The notes beneath the pieces are model-generated. The model saw only the letters and a program-made list of their open reading frames with translations. It was not told where the DNA came from and searched no databases. A DNA stretch of 29,644 nt, taken from a bacterium (GTDB lineage Bacteria > Zhuqueibacterota > Zhuqueibacteria > Oceanimicrobiales > Oceanimicrobiaceae). The stretch is taken from the NCBI GenBank assembly GCA_046757165.1, contig JBHHXT010000046.1:1-29644 (forward strand), read 5' to 3'. Of this stretch, positions 26,001-29,644 are shown piece by piece; within the stretch, counting starts at the first letter, position 1; every line of letters starts with the position of its first letter. The position numbers and the translations under genes are program-made.

Positions 26001-27387
26001 CAGCGATGACGGGGAGCAGGTGCTCACCTTCCCGGAAAACAATGCCCGCTCCTCCCCGGCCACCATCGGTGTCGAGGTGGCCCGGTTCTCGGCGCCGCTA
26101 TCGTTCGAGCCCCTGACCTACAAAATGATCTCGGTCCCCGCAACACTGGCGCAGCCCTCGATCGATTCGGTTCTCTTCGACGATTACGGCGAATACGATG
26201 CAAACATCTGGCGGCTGTTGCGATGGCAGGAGGCAACGGACGGCGAGACCGAATCTGCTTACCTGGAGTTTCCATTTCCTGATTCACAACGGGTGTTTAC
26301 CCCGGGGATGGCCTTCTGGATAAACAGCCGCTTCGGCGTGGGGTTCGACATCGAGAATGGCACCTCGACGCCAACCGATACGCCCTTTGTGCTTACGCTC
26401 GACCCGGGCTGGAACCAAATCGGCAATCCGTTAGCCTTTCCGGTGGCGTGGGATAGCATCGACACGGGCGGCCTGGTGGAAAAACCGCAGTTCTTTAATG
26501 ACACCACCTTTGTGCCGCAAATCGACATTCTGCAGCCCTGGCAAGGATATTTTGTCTTTAGCCACGCCAGCGCGCCGACGATTCTGGCGGTTCCTCCGGT
26601 TGAGGCACCGGGTGCCACATCCGGCCTCCCGAAGCAAGCCTCGGGACAGGGTCTGTACACGCTGCAACTGTCGGCCTATTTGTCGGATAGAATCAAAGAC
26701 AGCTACAACTTCATCGGCTTGCGGGAAAGCGCCAGGGAAGGGCGGGACCGCCATGATTTTCTCGACCCGCCACCGGTCGGTCCCTTTGTCCGCGTGGCCA
26801 TTTTGCAGGGCGGCAACCGGTTTGGCGGCAACTTCAGGCCGCCGCAGGGCCCGGGGCAAACCTGGGAGATCGAAATCAGCTCATCCCTTGCGCACCGGAC
26901 GATCAGGATAGATTTGATCGAACAGGGGAGATTGCCGGAAGGGTACGAGCTTTTCATCCTGGACCAGGACCAAAAGCAGAGAATCCCAACGCGGGAAAAC
27001 AGCTTTACCCTCCAGCTCGGTGCCGCCTTTGCGGTCAGAAACTTGACAGTCCTGCTGGGCACGCGGGCCTATGCGGAGCAGCATGGTGATGGCATTCCGC
27101 TTGTGCCGCTCCAGTTCGGCCTGCAGCAAAACTACCCGAATCCCTTCAATCCGGAGACGACGATCCTTTACCAGGTCAGCCAGCGCGGACGCGTCCGGCT
27201 CGACCTCTTCAACCTGCTGGGCCAAAAGGTACGCACACTGATCGACGGGATGCAGTCGCCAGGTCAGCATGCTGTCACCTGGGATGGCCGCGACGACAGC
27301 GGCAAGCCGGTTGCGAGCGGCGTCTACCTGTACCGGTTGCGCGCAGAGAATATGATGGCCGCGCGCAAACTGGCGTTGATTCGATGA
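22999..27387 (+). CDS. Large secreted protein: 10 FG-GAP/VCBS-like repeats, 3 ASH/choice-of-anchor-D Ig domains, uncharacterised module, FlgD-Ig / T9SS-type C-terminal domain
   Basis: AFA-Q signal cleavage site; ten DxDxDxDxDL motifs; three FGxV...NxG Ig domains; PGWNQIGNP module; NYPNPFNPET..WDGRD..SGVYLYRL..RKL terminus. ATGA overlap with the upstream stop. Confidence 0.9.
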   Translation: MTMTDKKHLPAKNALKGDRARLRLIAGLSLCGSFLHSLVVNTSPAFAQEPQFRREIAPFAVLRNGELVQSAFGGGLSESKPVLADIDADGDLDLFVGEADGTVDFYRNTGSQATFAFTFESDSIAAIPVGLGEAAPALADFDADGDLDLFIGTGSPFGSAGQIVFYLNAGTPTEPSFVFVTDSLAGVDVREGATPTFVDIDADGDLDLFVGEFFGNINFYRNVGTASKPVLVLETETFAGIDVGTYSVPTFADIDADGDLDLFIGKFSGISFYENVSVDTLAFLLVTDTFAGIDVGRLTAPFFDDLDGDGDLDLLVGEGGFFEDGNINFFRNVGIRSQPSFVQETNTFVGIDVGDFNAPTLADIDLDGDLDLIMGDRRGDLTFYRNIGTPDNPIFSFDANTFSSIAAQEESTPVFADLDNDGDLDLVMGEFQVESSTSNVSFYRNDGPTTNPRFALISTRLLPVDVGNPTAPYLTDIDGDLDSDLFIGDGNGVISFFRNTGSVDQLDFSTDTLAGLSSIAAEGSIAPTLSDIDFDGDLDLFVGNVQGRISFYRNTGSQTAPVFTLQTSALGEIDAGLQSKPILVDIDNDRDQDLFIGERSGGLHFYRNVSAPRVRVPVTDVSFGRVHVDSTVEQALTLFNDGPGLLRVLNITSDNPRFTPLPTTFDITPGDSSAVTLTFTPADSGQQTGALVISSDDPDQDIVIVTLAGVGTIRRLSVQPDTLRFGNVLLGLSESLVVVLTNTGNEPATITSLSPLTDDFLLLDPPAPPFALSAGRDTTLAVQFRPTATGDRSDTLRIGNDSDNTGPVKNVVLSGTGEVVDLVVRPTAHDFGAVTVGLQTVVDIVIQNQGTVELQVDSTAIIGVDALEFAIESGGAPFTVPEGDSHTVAVSFSPRSSGPKSAALNIQCPIPAKDPVDVPLTGTGISLATRAPTSVTSSRDIPIRVTLPPNVGFDRMQLFFRKGGQRHYQSTDLVQDGTDFLGTIPADSVGIRGIEYYLELASDDGEQVLTFPENNARSSPATIGVEVARFSAPLSFEPLTYKMISVPATLAQPSIDSVLFDDYGEYDANIWRLLRWQEATDGETESAYLEFPFPDSQRVFTPGMAFWINSRFGVGFDIENGTSTPTDTPFVLTLDPGWNQIGNPLAFPVAWDSIDTGGLVEKPQFFNDTTFVPQIDILQPWQGYFVFSHASAPTILAVPPVEAPGATSGLPKQASGQGLYTLQLSAYLSDRIKDSYNFIGLRESAREGRDRHDFLDPPPVGPFVRVAILQGGNRFGGNFRPPQGPGQTWEIEISSSLAHRTIRIDLIEQGRLPEGYELFILDQDQKQRIPTRENSFTLQLGAAFAVRNLTVLLGTRAYAEQHGDGIPLVPLQFGLQQNYPNPFNPETTILYQVSQRGRVRLDLFNLLGQKVRTLIDGMQSPGQHAVTWDGRDDSGKPVASGVYLYRLRAENMMAARKLALIR

Positions 27388-27504
27388 CCAGGCACACCAC
27401 GGGGTGCAACACGTTCGGTAAGAGAGTTTTGCCTGCCTTTGCCTCTCAATAAGGGTGCAGGATCAAAGTGATTCTCAACTGCACCTCATCGAAAGGAGGC
27501 TATC

Positions 27505-28227
27505 ATGGCCAGAAAATGGATTTTTCTATTAGCAGGTTTCGTCGCAATGCTCTCGACTCCCCTACTTTTGGCACAAGAGAAAACACCTTATGCATTTCAC
27601 TTGAAGGACGGCAGTGTCATCGTTGGCACGGTCGTGGAGGTCATCCCCAATACCCTGGTGAAAGTGAAAACAAGAGACGGGAGTATCTTTGTCTGCCGAA
27701 AAGAAGAAATTCAGACCATCACGAGAGCCGAAGTCCGGGGCTACGCCGGCACGCAAAAATCCACTATGTTTGGGCTGGTCGGGGGTGTCATCTCGCCCGG
27801 TACCGTCTACTTCGACAGCGGTGACTTTGACACGGATTTCAGCTATAGCCTCGGTGGCCTGGTGGACTACCAGCTTGCGCCAAAACTCTACGGCGGACTC
27901 TCTTTCGATCTGCATGACATCAGCGCAAGAGGCACAAGTAAAACTCTGCTCAACTTCGGTCTGACCCTGAAGGCTGTGCTGGGGAAGGCCAATTCAAATT
28001 TCTTCATCCGGCCAGGCGTCATGCTCGGCTACGGGCGCACCAGCAATGAGGGCGAAGATGCGCAGTTTTTCACGGTCGGCGCCAAAACCGAGCTGCTCGT
28101 TCGGCTGCAGCGCGGCTTCTGGCTGGTGAGTGAGATCGCGCTCTATGCGAGCCCGGCAGGAGGCAATGCTGAAGAGGATATCACCTTTGGGCCGGTGCTG
28201 CTGGTTCGGAGTGGGTTGGTTTTTTGA
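27505..28227 (+). CDS. Outer-membrane beta-barrel protein (small, about 8 strands) with an N-terminal small beta domain
   Basis: AAAGGAGG RBS; signal peptide LLA-Q; LKDGSVIVGTVVE domain; alternating beta strands; terminal Phe (RSGLVF). Confidence 0.7.
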   Translation: MARKWIFLLAGFVAMLSTPLLLAQEKTPYAFHLKDGSVIVGTVVEVIPNTLVKVKTRDGSIFVCRKEEIQTITRAEVRGYAGTQKSTMFGLVGGVISPGTVYFDSGDFDTDFSYSLGGLVDYQLAPKLYGGLSFDLHDISARGTSKTLLNFGLTLKAVLGKANSNFFIRPGVMLGYGRTSNEGEDAQFFTVGAKTELLVRLQRGFWLVSEIALYASPAGGNAEEDITFGPVLLVRSGLVF

Positions 28228-28369
28228 GCCGCGGATTTACACTGATAAAACACGGATATTGTCAATGATGACCAATACTTCATATTCAAAACTCATTTTA
28301 TTCGTGTCAATTCGTGGCTGAATTATTTATTTGGTTGCGGCCAAAGACCGCGCTGGGTAAATCCGCGGC
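28228..28369. mobile_element. MITE-like composite: perfect 13-bp terminal inverted repeat enclosing copy 2 of the 90-bp dispersed element
   Basis: GCCGCGGATTTAC (28228-28240) / GTAAATCCGCGGC (28357-28369); the inner 28279-28356 matches the reverse complement of 8277-8369. Confidence 0.65.
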
Positions 28370-28412
28370 CAAAATATGTTTTTGAAGCATCCACGTGGAG
28401 GAAATCTGCGCC

Positions 28413-29498
28413 ATGAAACATCTCTATCACCTTCTACTTGCCTTCTGTGTCACCGGACCAGTCCTGGCTGGCAACGATGCCTACATCATCAGCCAAAAGC
28501 GGTTCGTTCGGACACAACCGCTTTACCAATTCTGGAGCATCGAAAACAGCGATGACTTCTCCGAATTCAGCAATCTGGTCTTTGCCTATGTCCCGTTTAG
28601 CCGTCGCCTCGGCGTGACGCTGCGCAGCAGTCAGGCGGTGGTCACCGGTGAGAATGGCATGGAGACCCTGGGCGGCCTCACGGATACGCAAATCGGGCTG
28701 AGCTATTACCTGGAAGGCCCCAATCTTGTGTTCAACCTGGGCGTCAACCTGCCCAGCGGCAAAAGAAATTTGAGCAGCGCTGAAACAGCAACCTCCTCCC
28801 GTATCAGCAGTGACATCTTCGATCTGCAGGTGCCCCATTTCGGTCAGGGGTTCAACCTGTCATCCGGTCTGACCTGGGCGATTCCCGTCAGCGAGAACCT
28901 GGTGGTTGGCCTGGGCGCCTCCTACCAATTCCGGGGCGCGTATGAACCTTTCAACACGGACATAAGCTATGATCCGGGCGAGGAGGTGCTCCTCACCGGC
29001 GGCCTCGACCTCCGCCTGGGGGAGCGCAGCTCAATCAGCGGCGATGCCGTCCTGACGTTGGTCGCAGAAGACAAAATCAATGGTGAAAACGAATTCGACG
29101 CCGGCAACAGGCTGCTTCTGACGCTGCAATTCAAAAAATACTTTGGCTTCAACGAGCTGAAAATGCTGGCCAGATACCGCAGCAGAACAAAGGACGAATT
29201 CCTGAGCAACGGTCTGCGCCAGAAGACGCTTCCCAATCAGCTCGAAGTCGGGATGCGCTATCAAATGCGGTTCAGCCGGGTCTTCTACCTCGGTGTTCTT
29301 GCAGAAGTCAAACACTACGACAGGGCAACGGCCGTGTTTTCGGACATCGACTTGGTGGGTCTTGCGCTGCAGCCCAATCTGGTGGTGTCCAAAAAGGTCA
29401 GCTTGCCGCTGGATCTGAGCGTTCGCTTTGGTCGCGCAAAGGGGGGCGCAAATCTCGTTGGATTTCAGCTTGGCCTGGGGTTGGTCATCAATTATTGA
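28413..29498 (+). CDS. Outer-membrane beta-barrel protein, uncharacterised
   Basis: GGAGG RBS before ATG 28413; signal peptide VLA-G; amphipathic strands (GLTDTQIGLSYY, FNLGVNLPSG, GLGASYQFRG); terminal aromatic residue (GLGLVINY). Confidence 0.78.
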   Translation: MKHLYHLLLAFCVTGPVLAGNDAYIISQKRFVRTQPLYQFWSIENSDDFSEFSNLVFAYVPFSRRLGVTLRSSQAVVTGENGMETLGGLTDTQIGLSYYLEGPNLVFNLGVNLPSGKRNLSSAETATSSRISSDIFDLQVPHFGQGFNLSSGLTWAIPVSENLVVGLGASYQFRGAYEPFNTDISYDPGEEVLLTGGLDLRLGERSSISGDAVLTLVAEDKINGENEFDAGNRLLLTLQFKKYFGFNELKMLARYRSRTKDEFLSNGLRQKTLPNQLEVGMRYQMRFSRVFYLGVLAEVKHYDRATAVFSDIDLVGLALQPNLVVSKKVSLPLDLSVRFGRAKGGANLVGFQLGLGLVINY

Positions 29499-29500
29499 GC

Positions 29501-29590
29501 ATAACCCGGACAAACCGGAACCCAAAAAAGAAGCAAAAAAGAAAAAGAAATCTACTACTACTAACTGTCAACTTTTTCCAGGACGGGACA
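29501..29590 (+). mobile_element. Hairpin motif followed by a probable orphan IS terminal inverted repeat (IS3/IS481-like)
   Basis: ATAACCCGGACAAACCGGAACCCAAA, an A-rich tract, then TGTCAACTTTTTCCAGGACGGGACA (29566-29590) ending in CA. No transposase present. Confidence 0.4.
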
Positions 29591-29644
29591 CTAACACAAG
29601 TCCGCCAGAGGGCGCGGCTTAAAGTTTGAGGCTCAACGTTTCGA

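Overview
Bacterial chromosomal window, almost all genes on the + strand. It probably comes from an FCB-group organism such as KSB1 or Calditrichota; this is inferred only from a NYPNPFNP...WDGRD...SGVYLY C-terminal domain and the gene content. From left to right it holds: an uncharacterised lipoprotein, a small membrane protein, an unannotated 39-aa single-TM ORF on the - strand, a repeat-rich spacer, a SnoaL/DUF4440 lipoprotein and a haloalkane dehalogenase. Next is a LIV-type ABC importer operon with two acyl-CoA ligases, probably for fatty-acid uptake. Then come a truncated gene fragment, a methyltransferase / CLC-CBS / LolA-like operon, clpS, a rhomboid protease and an AmiC-like amidase. 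The window ends with a 9-kb envelope cluster: two TPR + CsgG/FlgO-like proteins, a 1462-aa secreted protein with FG-GAP and Ig-like repeats, and two outer-membrane beta-barrels. That cluster is the best candidate for an undescribed export or surface-display system. Many intergenic spacers carry short palindromic or periodic repeats from several families, some nested, some in dispersed inverted copies, some with compensatory base changes. No intact transposase, rRNA, tRNA or CRISPR array was seen. All family assignments are from motif recognition by eye; no database search was run.
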